Assembly: GCA_028534125.1 (NCBI GenBank)
Contig: CM052816.1
Span: 86,802,001 to 86,866,000 of the forward strand
Reading direction: 5' to 3'
Length of the DNA stretch: 64,000 nucleotides
Source of the DNA: Lama glama
Taxonomy: Eukaryota
Within the stretch, counting starts at the first letter, position 1. Every line of letters begins with the position of its first letter. The notes beneath the pieces are model-generated. The model saw only the letters and a program-made list of their open reading frames with translations. It was not told the DNA's origin and did no database searches. The translations under genes were made by a program, and so were the position numbers. Below, piece after piece: positions 40,496 to 54,258 of this stretch.

Positions 40496-43099
40496 ATGAT
40501 CACACTTTTACAGGTGAGAGAGGAAAAAAAACAATGTATAGTGTGAAACAAAAAAGTAAGCAGATGAGGATAAAATAATTCTTGCAACAATATGGTCAAT
40601 GGGGTTTATCAAATCCTAGATTTAAGGGAATAAAGCTCGAAAATTAAAATTTAGAAGCCCTAATTCATTTTCATTTTACACAGTTTTGCTATTTTCATAA
40701 TTAAGAGATATTTTGTTTCATCTTAAAATCAATAATAGCACACTTGTTTTACTTTTTTCGTTCAGGAAAAGATTGAACCCAGGTCAAAAATATGAAAATT
40801 TAGATAGTAGTTTGATCCCTGTTTGCTATGATCCACATTAAGCAAAATAACAACATATATTTATGTTTTTCTGGATTTGGGGCACATAGCAGATTTATTA
40901 ACAACTTCTTTTCCTATACAAAGTTCTTATGAGCAAATATTGATTAGAGCAATTTAAATAAGAATCATAAAATAAAAAGATCAGAGATTTTAGTACTGAT
41001 ACAGCTGTGAAATATTCTCATTAAGTTATTTTTATTGCCTTTGTTATATATAAGATGTCCTCAAATTCTGATTTCCTCGAATTTACAAGTTAATACAACA
41101 TCTGTTAAGAATCATTCCTTCAATTTTAATTTTAACTTCCTTTCAGCAAATCCTACCTGGACACGATACCTCATTGACCATTTTAAAAATTTTCATAGCT
41201 TTACATTTTTTATTATTTTTAAAGATGTTATTATTAATGTGGTCTCTCACACTGCCTGTTCAATTTCTCATATAATTATTGCTAAATTAATATTAACATA
41301 TTCAGATAAAAATAAGATTAACCTGTTCAATTTCTCATATAATTATTGCTAAATTAATATTAACATATTCAGATAAAAATAATTTAAAAATTACTAGAAT
41401 TTTATCTTATTCTACATACATTAATACCAACATAAGCCTATACTTTGAAACAAAGTCTTATTCTTCTTTTTAGGATGTTGAAAATATTATGAAGTTAATC
41501 TGTATAATTAATTCACAAAAAGTTTCCTTGTTATATAAAAGATTAAGTGCTGGTCTGCTTTTTCTTATAATAATTTACTGACTGTTTACACTTTGTGAAA
41601 CTGTATCCTCATTAAGCCTGCAGCAGTAACTTTTTCAAATGCTATGGATTTTATTTTATGGAGAAATAAAATTTCTTGAGTCAACAATAGGTTATAATGA
41701 TTTTTTTGTGCATTTTTGCACGGTGTGAGCATGCCAGAGAATTAATGAACTGTGAAAGCGGCTGTGCATTTTGTCCAAGTACTAATAATTGTTCTCACAA
41801 TTGATATATTGAGAAATTACTGTGTATCAGAATTGTGTTTTACCCTGAAGATACAGATGTGAGAAACCCAAAGCCAGCCCCTGATCACAGAGAGTATTTG
41901 AAAGTTAGCTTTTTTTGTTTTGTTTTTTAATGAAAGTAGTATGAAAACAATTTATTTTCCCCCAATCAAGATGAGAATACTATTGTATCTCATAATACGT
42001 GTAACCTCAAAAGAGAATGTATTCTGTCTAAAATTCTGATCTGTGAGTCACTGAGAAACTGTGGACAAGATTTTTAAATTTCCTGTCTAATGCAATAAGA
42101 ATGCTATCTGAAATAGTGTATCACTCCTTGAAATGCAAAGAAAATTGGAATTTTACGTTTCTCTCTTTGACCTTTCTCTACCGGACTGAAGAAGGGAACT
42201 GACTTTGTATTCATGTACTTTCTGTATTTATCTTTGGTGCTGTGAAAGAAAGGAAGAAGAAAGGAAAGGAAGGAAAGAAGGAAGAGGGAAGGAGGAAGGG
42301 AAGAAGGGCCCCTTATTTAATGGATTAGGCATTATATTCAAATAGATCAACTCAGCCAGTTAGGTGAATGCAGTAAATCAAGACCCTAGATGTTGGAAAA
42401 AAGGAAAAAAAAATTATTACAGGAATAAACTAGCAAGAAATCTGAGAAGAAGGGGTTGGCTCTTGATTTCTTTCTCTTTTTGTACATAGAAAGTATTGTT
42501 TTACAACTAGCACTCCAGAGAGAAAAATGTAGTCACTATACAGCATATTAATTTTCAATACCACTATTCAAGCTATAGTAATATAGCCTAGGTTACCTAA
42601 AAGAGGTAGTTTCCGAGCATGAAAGGAGTATCTATAAGGACTATTTCCAGTGCATCTGAAGCAACCATATTCTATTGTTATATTTCTAACACACAGCAGA
42701 GGGCTCTAGTAGTATTGACCACAGAACGGAACACTGCATTCATAACTTGAGCAAAATATAGAAACAGATATTTATTCAACACAACATTAGAAAATAAAAA
42801 TAAAATGAGAAAAGAGAAGGCAGTTATCACTTAAATTGATGAGTTTGTTCAAATGCTATTCAATGTTTCTTTGTTTTTGTTTTTAGACTTGCAATAAGCC
42901 TGCTCAGGTTTGCTTTTTTGCCAGTATTATATGAACATTATATAGATCTGGAAAGTAATAATCAGAGAGGCTGTTGATTCCTTCCTAAATCATTTTAGTA
43001 ATAAGACCATTAAGAGTATCAATATTACAGTAAAAATAATAAAAAATCTTGCTCTTAAAGTAGATGGGATTATAGTTCATAAATAAAACCTAATTATTG

Positions 43100-43500
43100 A
43101 AAAACTGATAAGGCACTGGGCTAACCACTGAAATGAGACAATTATGAATAAAATATAGTATCTCTTCTGATTCAGTAGAAATAATACAAAAAGCAAAATT
43201 ATGCAAGACAAGATAGAGCGAGTGTCATGAAAGAGATAAAACTAAAGCAAGGCACTAGAGCAGTATAAATGAGAAGAATCATGTAAATTGTTTACTTGGG
43301 TGGATGAATGGGGAGAATTAGGGTGAGGTGCTTTGCAGGCAGAGCAAAAGCTCTACCACACATAATATTAGGGCAAATAGGAGAAATATCCAGGAATTAC
43401 AGATGTTCAGTTTGACAGAAGAGTAGCATTCAGAAAGAAAGAGATGAGCTATATAAGTTACAGTGGGTTAATTTCATCAAGAATCTATAAATATCTTGAT
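43100..43500 (-). mobile_element. L2 LINE remnant
   Basis: aggcactgggcta..atgaataaaatatagtatctc..ctttgcaggcagagcaaaag pattern. Confidence 0.45.
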
Positions 43501-45959
43501 GAATCATTTTATTTAAAATCAGATAGGCTTAAGTACGGCCCCTGTTAAAACTAGAAGAAGACTCAAAATCCTTCACATGACAAGTATCTTAAAGTCATCA
43601 GGAGGGCATATATTCCAATATCCACATAGCTAATAAGTTCGATAAATATTGATAGCATTTTGTGTGCAAGTATCTCTGTTGTTATATACAGAAGTCATTT
43701 TTGTTGGATCTGATTAAATTCACAATTGTTTATATATTTTGCTTTGCCATAGCATCAGAGTTTGAGATCATAAACCTCAAGAATATTCAGTAAGTTTCCA
43801 TTATGTTTTTCCGTAAAATACATGATAAATTTCTAGTAAAGAAAGCAAAACATGGCCTTCTGTATACAGTTGGCTAAGTTTTGATAAGAAATTCCATGGA
43901 ACCCTTTGTCCATTTAAATTGATCATTATTACTAATATATTTTACAGGGTGAATTGCATTGTGCTTTTATCTAAACAAGTTTATTATTTATTTCTTGAGA
44001 TGAGTTTTTCAAATTAGTCTTTCAAAATATGCATGGTACACAATATCTTAAATATTTCAATTAAAGCCACACTCTCCAGCAACATTTTTTTTTCCCATAC
44101 GCTAGGCCTACTCCATGATTTTATTAATAAATGAACTGCTTCCCCAATCTCAACTGGTCCTCTAGGACTCCTGATCAATTTCTAAGATTCAATAGTAATA
44201 CAAATGTTTATTAATTCTTCCTGAGTGAGAGTAATGGCCTCCCCCAGTGTTGCTGATGACCGTGGCCTCCTCTTCAGCTTGGAAGCAAATCCTATCCATT
44301 GAAGAGATCACTACATAACCTTTACAAACTCTTGGGGAAAGATCCCTTTATTGCCACTATTTGGTCTTTTTCCTATAGGAACAGCACTTCAGGTTGATTT
44401 AGTAACCCATATATAGTTCTAGATTTTCCAGCAAAATATCTAAAACAAGTTGGTAAGAGCGTTATTCTTCCTCTGAAGAAGTCTTGTGAGCCTTCTTCCC
44501 AAAGGCCACAGTCTCCATCAGTTTCTATTTATTATCTCGTTAAACTGATGCTGGTACAACAGCCTCATTTGGCAGCACTCTTTACCTACAGAGCAAGTGG
44601 TAATGACAACACTGAAATGGTTTCTCCTTTGCCTCCTCCTCTAGAAGATGTGGTAGAATTTGACTGGTAAAGAACTGCACAACTGTCTTCCACTTTCTCT
44701 TCTACAACATTACTTTCCGACTTGAAATCTCTCCTCTCTCCTCTCTTTGGTCAAAACTAACCCTTTTTAACTATATGGGAGGATGTCATGATCTACCCAA
44801 GGTTCTATTCAGGAATGCACAAGCCAAATTCAGTGTTATGGATGCATGTCTTTTATAGTGACATCTTCAACTGGCCCAGCATAGCTCCTATCTTTAGATG
44901 ATTAAGTCAGTTAAAGCAAGATAACAGTAAAAAGGTAATAAAATTGCATAATTACATCACTCTCATAACTTATTTCTACACCCCAATCCTTGAAAGCTTT
45001 TCAATATTATCTCCCCTTCCCTCTTCTCATATTCAATTGGAGATCATATCTGCATTATACTTTTCAAGAATTTCTCCCCTTCTGAATTGCTTATTGAAAC
45101 TTTTCATGAAACCACTGCATCGAGGGTGATAAGTAATGAACTATGTCCATGTAATATTATGTTTCTTTGTCCATTTCTGTATTTTAGTAGTAGTGTGTAG
45201 CTTGATGGGAAGAAATATACCCAAGTGGGCCAAATTGATAGACTGTTCTCTTTTCTGAACCTCTAAGTGTCGGCAGTTTGCTCCCCTACAGGACAAGCAA
45301 AGCCTAGAACAGAATAACCATTAATTACAACATACTTCCGTATACTCCTCTAGAACTATGGATATGGGTTTAAATATATTCCACTTGTAAACTATCCTCA
45401 GATTCATAGTATTATCAAAATGTCATATGATCAATAAAAATTACTAGATATATTGATATATTCTATTTATTTTTATTTATTTTTAAATTTTATCATGGTA
45501 AGATTGACTTTTGACATGTGTTTCAAGTATGTAACATAATGATTAAATATTTGTATGTATTAAAAGTGATTATCACAGTAAGTCTAGTTATATTCTACTT
45601 ATTAAATATTATTCATGCAGTAAGTTTTTCTGGGGCAATAGATGGAGTGCCATTCTAATGATGCACAGTTGGCAAAATGACAATATAAATTCTTATCCCA
45701 TGAGGTTAATCATCTACATATGCTCTATGTGATTCAAAAATATTAGTTCATACTAAATTTTAGAATAAAAAGTTTAAATAAAAGCAGTTAAAGCACTAGC
45801 TGTGTAACTGACGAGGAACCTATGGGGCCTTCTCGGTATGGACCCCTCCGTATCCTCCTCCTGCCTCTTGTTTGATGTCAAAATCTTTGGATACTCAAGT
45901 CCCATAGCTGGCCCTCTGCAATGTGGGGCCAGGAATATGAAGGACTAACTGTATATTTG

Positions 45960-46026
45960 TTGGAAAAATTTAGTGCATAAGTGGATCCACACAGTTCAAA
46001 CCCCTGTTGTTGAAGGCCCAACTATA
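45960..46026. mobile_element. Tigger2-family DNA transposon terminus
   Basis: taagtggatccacacagttcaaacccctgttgttgaaggcccaacta resembles the recalled Tigger2 end taagtggacccgcgcagttcaaacccgtgttgttcaagggtcaactg. Confidence 0.7.
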
Positions 46027-46560
46027 CTTAAGTTTCAAGATTAGAGTCATAGCAATAAACACAGTAACATTTTAATAATTTGATTGCATCACATTTTTAA
46101 AAAAATCTGAAATATTTAAGATTGCAGAGAAAAGAAATGGAGATAAACAAACTGCTAGCCTTGGAATTTTCCCTACATAATTGTTTGTTTCACTTTTAAA
46201 ATTTAGAAACAACCGTGCAAGGATTCATAGACTCTAGATATACTTTATGACAGATGAATAAGCATAGATTTTGTAGCTGGCATGATTGCTACCTTAATAA
46301 GCTCTCTTCAGTGACAGGCTTTTGTAATCTTGGGTGAAGTAAAACATTTAGTGTGCTACCTCACGCAGCACACTAAAACCTTTAATAAGGCTATATCATT
46401 AGGGCAGGTGATACTAACTAAAGGAACACAGTAAGATCAATTCGCAGTGGCCATGAAAATGTGTCACTTAAGTCATAAGTAATTCATGATGGCCCTAGCC
46501 ATTGGCCCTGTGGATTCACCAATACGTTCCACACACTTCCCCCCGGGATCCCTAGGGAAA

Positions 46561-46574
46561 TATATATATGTATA

Positions 46575-46659
<85 letters not shown>

Positions 46660-46711
46660 TTATGTATGTGTGTGTGTGCGTGTGTGTGTATATATATATA
46701 TCTATATATAT
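46561..46711. repeat. Compound (TA)n/(TG)n microsatellite
   Basis: Alternating TA and TG blocks; explains the IY/VC/TH ORFs. Confidence 0.95.
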
Positions 46712-48119
46712 CCTTTTTGGGACTCTTGGAACCAAGAGATACAAGTAACAGGACAGATTCATATGACAGCAATACAACTAGAAAAGTATTGAAAAGAGGA
46801 AGCAGATTCTCAAAAGTCAACTTATTCCCTATAAGTATATATTTTCCTTGCATTCAAAAATTTAAACAAAAATCATGGGAGACAATATATTTGTTTTTAT
46901 AAAATTCAGTGATTTCTTTATTGAGGATGGAAATAATAAAATATCCTAAAATATTTTTAAAATATAAAAATATTTGCACTGTGAAGAATTAGAACTGTTG
47001 AGTTAGAATAAAACAAAAAAAGTTGTTCCTTACATAAGTTTTTAAAGATTACTAATGAATAGAGGTAAACAGAGGTGTTACAAATGAATACTTTTCTGTA
47101 GCTGCTATGAAAGAAAGTAAACAACACCCAGAAACCTGATTTATAAATCAATATTTATCATATGATGTCAGGGTCCTCAAACTGGATATGTTTCCTAAAT
47201 TAATCACATTCATAGTAGTGACATCTCATAAGCATTGGTGGATAGACTGTGAGTTCCAGAATGACTGCCAGGGAACATCACCAGCTTTGCGTCCAGCACA
47301 TATATGCAGCCTTAGCAGCCTTCAGATTCCTCCCAGTACTCTTACTCTAGCAAGACATATTATGCTTAGATCATTGTCTCCCAGAGAGTCTAGAGAATCA
47401 GTTTAGTGTTCTATGGATATTTTTCCAGATGATTCCTTGAGCCCTGAAAAATCATGCGTCCATTCTGAAATGAAAACAGAGTTGAAGTCAAAAAAAAAGG
47501 ATCCTATCAAAACCTTTCCTCTTTCCATACACTTGCACTAAACTTCTCCCATCTTTGGTCTCCTTTTTGTCCTAGAATTATATTATAATCTCTGTCTGGT
47601 GATAAAGTGAAAAAGAGAGAGACCTTGATCGCCCAAATTTTAGGATACAAAAAGGGGAAAAGATGATCTGTAATACCTATAGATAAATTTAGTAAATAAT
47701 GTTAGTTTTGTTTTTTGGGAAAAAGAAACTTTAGAATTAAACCCATTATGCTTAATTTTATTTGGTTTGTTTTCAATACATACTCTTTTCATATATTTAA
47801 AAAATCAAATCATAATACAATTTATACATCAAACATTATTCATCTACTTCTGTTCCTACTCATTCCATTGTCCATTTCTCTTTATAGGTGACCACTATCT
47901 TCATTTAGTCTTCAGGGTCTTTGTTTCTATCTAGATAAAGTCAAATATATATAAATACTATTTTATATATAATTTTCCTCATTTTGTTATAAAAGGTAAT
48001 GAAAAATACAATAGAGTCTATGGTGTCCTAGCTAGTTTTATCATTTAAAGTGTCGGCAGAGACTAAAGAGCATGCTGCCACAGGGTGACTGAAGAGAGTT
48101 TAATGCAGTGTTGTAGAGG

Positions 48120-48637
48120 TGGATTAGTTGGGTTCTCCTGAGAAACAGGAGATATATGTTATAACATACAATATATACCATATATATATATAATAAAAGA
48201 AGATTTATTGTAGGAATTGTAGGCATTGGTTCACAAGGTTATGGAGGCCAAGAAGTCCAATACTCTGCAGTCTACAAGCTGAAGAAACAAACCAGAAAAG
48301 CCTGTGGTGTAATTCAGTCCCAGACTGAAGGTCTGAGAAGAGGGGCAGACACTGGTGTAAATCCTAATCTCAGTTTAAGAACCAGAGCACCAAGAGCACC
48401 AGTATCTGAGTGCAGGAGAAGATGGACGTCTCAGCTTAAGCAGAGAGAGAGAGAGAATGAATTTGTCCTTTCTTCTCGTTTTTGTTCTATTCAGGCTCTT
48501 CGTGGACTGGATGGTGCCTGCCTGAATGGGTGAGGGTGAAACTTCTTTACTCAATCTACTGTTTCAAATGCAGAAATAACGTTTTACCTGGGTATCCATT
48601 ATCCCAGTTAGGCTGACACATAAAATGAAGCATCACA
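48120..48637 (-). mobile_element. MLT2-type (ERVL) solo LTR
   Basis: tggattagttgggttctcctgagaaacag..ttatggaggccaagaagtcc..ggctgacacataaaatgaagcatcaca. Confidence 0.85.
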
Positions 48638-48717
48638 AAAAAGGAACTGACAGGGTTAAGAGAATCCACAAGGGATGGAAAAGCACTCAACACTAGAAAC
48701 ATTGGGAAGCTGTTACC

Positions 48718-48870
48718 CTTGTAGGACAAATATTTGGTTCTGTTCAAAATGTCCATGAGCATATTTTGTCCTGTCAAATGCTAATGAATAGAGTAAAATA
48801 TCAAGGATTTTTTTGGTGAGGACCAAATATCTTATGGACATTTTGGAGAGTACCAAATATCTGTTAACCA
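48718..48870. mobile_element. Palindromic MITE-like element, probably hAT
   Basis: About 45-bp inverted arms; 8-bp flanking repeats ctgttacc (48710-48717) / ctgatacc (48871-48878). Confidence 0.65.
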
Positions 48871-49159
48871 CTGATACCACTGACAGGTCTGAGGGGAGAG
48901 AGTAGTTTCTAGAATCCAAGTGTAGGACCAATAGTCTTTGGTAGGAGCACACTGAAAAACATGGGTCCAGAAGAGAAGGAATCAGGACAATAAATACCTC
49001 TACTTATTTCTCCTCCCACTATCCAATATTCTGCATGTACCTCCGATTAGACAAAGCTGACGGAAGTCAGAGGAGAAAGGAGCAGAGGAGATCAGTTCAC
49101 TTGAAAACAAGCTTGGAAGATGATATCACTAGCTGGTCTTTCATAGCATGAATTTCAGT

Positions 49160-49390
49160 TGCTGTAGACTGGCTAAGAATGTAAGTTTTAAAGACAGAAG
49201 ACAAAACTTGGTTCAAGCCCCAGCTCTCCCACTTACTAATTACGTGATTTAAAACAAGTGAATTAACACTTGATATCCTCTAATGAAAATGACATGTGTC
49301 TTCTTTATCGTTATTTTAATGACAATATTACATGAAACTCAAGTATTAGCCTGGAATATGTAAGGCTGCAAGAAACATTTATATGACTAA
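49160..49390 (+). mobile_element. MIR SINE
   Basis: ggttcaagccccagctctcccacttactaattacgtgatttaaaacaagtgaattaac core. Confidence 0.75.
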
Positions 49391-50030
49391 TAAAAATTAT
49401 ACACACAAATATATATATGTTTAATATATATATTCCACTCACATAAAATAAGAAGTTAGAAGGCATAATTTGCTAATTTGGTGACACTGGTTTAACAATT
49501 TGATCATAGGGTCTGTTTAATATCTCAGTGATTCTCCTGGCCTCTCCCTTATGGGTGACACAGTTCTAGCTGTCACAGTCACACTCAGTTCAGGAGAAGA
49601 ATGATGGGGGGAAAGGGTCAGTACCACAGACTCTGCTTTTATCTCCTTGTCTGGAACTTTATTATAAGGACTCTTCTACTATCTATGGGTACTTGTATTA
49701 TGTGGTATTCCCGCTTTAGGGTCTATAGTAGAGGCCAAGAGGTAGTAGAAGGTTGTAAATGGATGTCAGGTAAGCAAAACTAGACAGCATATTTAAACAT
49801 AAAATCCATTAACTCAATTCACAATGTATAATGGGCACTGATATTTGCCACCTAATGCCATTATCGTCATTATCTTGCATGAATATTACATAATTAACTC
49901 ATTAACACTCCATTTTTGACATTTAGTTTTTTAATTATAAAAATACCTCATAAATAAATATTTGTACATTGGACATGCTTATATTTAATTCATTGAAACA
50001 CATTCCTTTAAGTAAAAAGGAAGATAATTT

Positions 50031-50034
<4 letters not shown>

Positions 50035-50074
<40 letters not shown>
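50035..50074. repeat. (TA)n microsatellite
   Basis: Direct inspection. Confidence 0.95.
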
Positions 50075-50078
<4 letters not shown>

Positions 50079-52189
50079 TTTGGTTTATAGATTTTATGTA
50101 TATATAATTATATATAAATTTATATTTATGTAAATTCAGCAATAGGTAAAGTTTTAACTTTATTCTTACTGATGACCTTATATCCAGCAATATTTATACA
50201 CTGGAAATATTATTAATAAAAATATAATTTTCTCTCATTAAGGAATCTTTATGTCTTCAGTCTGTTCTTCTTTTATTTCAAGTTGTTTCAACTTCTGTTT
50301 TAATTTTATGCAAGTCTTATGCCAAGCAATTGCTCTGAGCTACTGCATGTATTTGATGGAAGATTAAAACATTTTAAGCAGAGGATTAAAGTAATCTAAA
50401 TGTATGTAATAACTCTTCACCTCTTCCTACTCTCTTTCTAAGGAGAAGGAAAACTTCAGTTCTACCCAGTGTTATAAGTATATACAGACATCAACTTGAT
50501 TGCATTAATGTTCAACAAATAATGCTTATATCACCTAGAATGAAACTCTGGGAAATTTAATTTTTAATTATATTCAAGAGAAGTTCAAGTTTGAATTAAA
50601 ATTCTCTATTAGGGAACTTAATATCCTCCTAAGAATGAGCTCATCTTCAGGTTAAAAAAAAAAAGTTTGAGTTCATGTTCAGTATCTCAACATTGGCTAA
50701 GGAAAACATTTTTATAAATCCAATTTTTTGGTCAGAGATTAGTGCCTGAGTTCTGGGAAACTACTTTCCTATCTTTTTAATGATCTGAAATGCATAGAAA
50801 ACTATAATACATTATAGTGGGGTATACTGGAAATAATTTAGGGTACTTGGGAGCATCCATATGCTCCTAGTGCCCAATCAGGCTCCTCCTTTCCCAATGC
50901 CAACTGTTAGTCCAATTAAGGTACTTTTTATCTATATAAGTCCATAAGCCTTGATCAAGATTTTGAGTACTTAAACTGTGTATCATCCACAAAGAGTTAT
51001 ACCAGATAGACATTGAGTGAATTGTTGTTACAGAATCCTGTATCTCTCATGTACTACATAACAAATATGTGTAGGTCTAAAGCTGATTACACCTGGACAT
51101 ATGCTAATAATTTACTGTGTGATCCATTTGTAGTTTCTTCACCACTCTTCATTATTATTGGGAGTTTTATTAGTGATTTATAACTCAAAATGTTTTAGAG
51201 TTAATATGTTAAGCAAATGATATATTAACTGAAACTTTCTTGTAGCTCAAATGATCTGCTAAATGTACAAGCACACAATATTTCCTAGACTATGTATTAA
51301 TCCTACTTAGTCTAACAAAATTACATATTCAGTATTCTGTTCTGATTTACTGTCTCCTCCCTAACAAGGAGATTGAAGATGTGAATTATGCTTTCCATTG
51401 AATAATGTCACCGTTATAAATGAGAGGAGCATCCCTGCCTTCTGGATTCTTGTTACATTTGCAAGATAACATCAAAAAGATAAAAATATGTTTATTATAT
51501 AAGAAACTTCCTTCAAAAATGTAATTGGTTACATGAATGAATGTAATCATTTCTTAATTTTAAATCTCAAAATTAAAAAGAAAATGACTCCCCACTAACA
51601 AAATGTTCTTAAGTAACAATTCAGGACTGAAACAAAGTTTGAATTTAAATTTTGGAGATATGGCTTAAAAGTAATGCAATTATGAGATATTATCAAATAT
51701 TGCATCTAGTTATCTAAAAAATACGTATCATATGGCTGAATACACTATAGAAAACATTTTAAAAATCAAAATATTATTGAAAATAGGCATTATCATCTTT
51801 GCTAATTAACTTGAAATAGTAATTGTTATGAAAATACACAAACTTTATCCTTCTAATGGGAAGGCAACAATCTAGAAAATACAGAGTGAGCGGATATATT
51901 ACACAGATTAAATGGCCAGTATTGTTAAGAATGTACTACTGTTCAGCATCAACATAAAACTCTTGCACAATATCTTCCTGAACCTGGGTTTTTTTGAACT
52001 GGATTCAATCTAAACGGAGCAAGGCCACACAGGTGTTACAGCACGAAATGTAAAGCTGGGAGGCACTGGACCCCAGGACTCGGGGAGGTAACCATTAGAG
52101 GAGGGAATTTTTAAGGACATGCTGTTTATTTCTGGAATCTGGCAAGGTATTCTAAGATCTGTCTGACTTCTTAACAAATTTCTGTGGAC

Positions 52190-52620
52190 ATTACACAGTA
52201 TTGTTAACAATAGGCACATCATTGTATAGTAGATCTTTAGATCCTATTTATCTAGAACAATTGAAATTTTATACCCATTAAACAGCAACTCCCCATTTCC
52301 TTCTCCCACCGAGTCCCTGGCAACCACAACTGTGATCTCTATTTCAACGAATCTGATTTATTTGAGAGGCCTCAGATAAGTGGAGTGCAGTACCTGTCCT
52401 TCTGTGACAAGCTTATTTTACTTAGCATAATGTCCTCCAATTTCACACAAGTTGTCACATATGACAAGACTTCCTTCTTTTTTAAGGGCAATACCTCATC
52501 ATCTGTTTTAAAGGGTGGTACAACATTGGGTTGTTTGTAGAATGCACAGGCACTGATATAGATATTCTCCATTTTGCTTTTGTTAGTATTTTCTTTTGCA
52601 TACAGGTAGATACCTGACAT
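52190..52620 (-). mobile_element. LINE-1 3' region (L1MA/L1MB-like)
   Basis: cagtattgttaacaataggcacatcattgtatagtagatct..cctggcaaccac..ttacttagcataatgtcctcc. Confidence 0.8.
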
Positions 52621-52724
52621 ATCTTCAAATAAATGGTTTAAAATTTTAGTGTATTTGCCAAGAAGAATTAAGAGCCCTCTTGTGGCAATAGTTATGTATT
52701 TAACATGAGACAAATTAGCACTGG

Positions 52725-52750
52725 GGTGTGTGTGTGTGTGTGTGTGTGTG
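52725..52750. repeat. (GT)n microsatellite
   Basis: Direct inspection. Confidence 0.95.
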
Positions 52751-54258
52751 CGTTTTCTCTAGCCTGTTTCAGCTAAATAGATGTTAGTGAATGAGTAGCA
52801 ACAGAACTGGACTTAATCAGGGCAAGGCTTTTCCAAGTAAGAGTTAAAAAGTAGGTAAGGGGCATAGGAGGTGACAGAATACTAAAGGGAGAGATCCTAT
52901 GGTTTCCATGACATTTGGTTTTTGAAAGAACAGAAATCAGCACATAGGGGCAGATGTGTGAAAAAGGAGTTAAAAGCTAGAGAGGGGAAAGGCTACACCT
53001 ACTCACAAATTAAATGTGAAGTCTTCCCTGGAAAACCAATATGAAATTAAAATTTATTCCCAGAAATCTTTATTCTGCTCTCTGCTTTATTTTTCTCCAA
53101 CGCATTTATTAGCAGTAATACAGTAAATATTTATTTTTCATAAACTCTATTTCTATTCCCTTACCCCCTAGAAATAAAAGCATGTTTTTATCCCCTCAAT
53201 GTTTATCCAAGAGTTTCAAGAATATAATATTGTGTTATAATCACTATACTTGTCATAATACTAGCTCAGAGAAACAATGGTTATATTGTATTCTAAAACC
53301 TAAGGATATGCAACAGAGAAGCTGTGATTAGAATTGCTGAGTTTATTAAACTGAGAATAAAATGTACATTTATTCTCCTCCTTAACTCCGGCATTTCTTT
53401 GGAGTTGGGGAAAAGGTTGGGGCTAAAAGGAGGAAAAAGGCAGTTGAGACTGGCCTTATAGACCTTGGAGACAGTGAAGTTTCTTTGGAAGTCAAGGAAT
53501 GACCACTTTAACCATTGGAGATATTTCCTAATTATATTTACAAATAATGCATGCACCCTCTTTGTTCTCATCAAATCCTATTTCTTTAGAAGCTCCTTCC
53601 AGAAAAGAAAATCCCTCAGTAAGGAGAGTAAAATAAAACATATAATTATTCTTCTGAGCATTTATCTTTAGTTTTATTATCTTGCCTTTATTTTCATTTA
53701 GTTGTAATCAAATTATTACCTCATAAAACAGGACAATGATACTATAACTGCTCTTGTTTTATAGTTTGAAGACTAATATTCTATGTTATCATACCCTGAA
53801 TTTCAGTATTTTTAAAGTCAGGAATAAATATTTTTACACTGGAGGATGGAGTGGAAGAAGAAATACTAAGCAGTACAGACAACTCTTAGCATATCATCTT
53901 GATTTCATTATATTCTAATGGAAGAATTAATAGCTCACACTTGATTATGATTAGTTTTGGATGCTCAAAAGTTTGCAAATACAATTCAATAATCAGATTC
54001 ATATTACATTATCAAAATAGAGGAATCTCTTGGCATTCACGATTCCATTATCTTAAAGTTAAGACAGAGAATATCATTAGTCACAAAACTAATTTTTTTT
54101 GCAATATCCTATTTGTAGGCATTAGAAGTTTAATCACAGATACCCAAATATCATACAATTGTTTCAAACTTAATCTGGATTAAAATTCATTAGATTCATG
54201 AAATGTATGGAGTTTCCTGAAGCAATTTTTTATATTTCTGTATTTTCAAAATGACTAT

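Noticed and set aside
41255..41382. CRISPR-like repeat-spacer-repeat
   Set aside because: Only two copies, 6-bp spacer, mammalian DNA, no cas genes.
44000..45250. Possible decayed ERVL/MaLR internal sequence
   Set aside because: Impression from composition only; no gag or pol motif recovered.
46473..46902. Four overlapping IY/VC/TH-rich ORFs
   Set aside because: Translations of a dinucleotide microsatellite.
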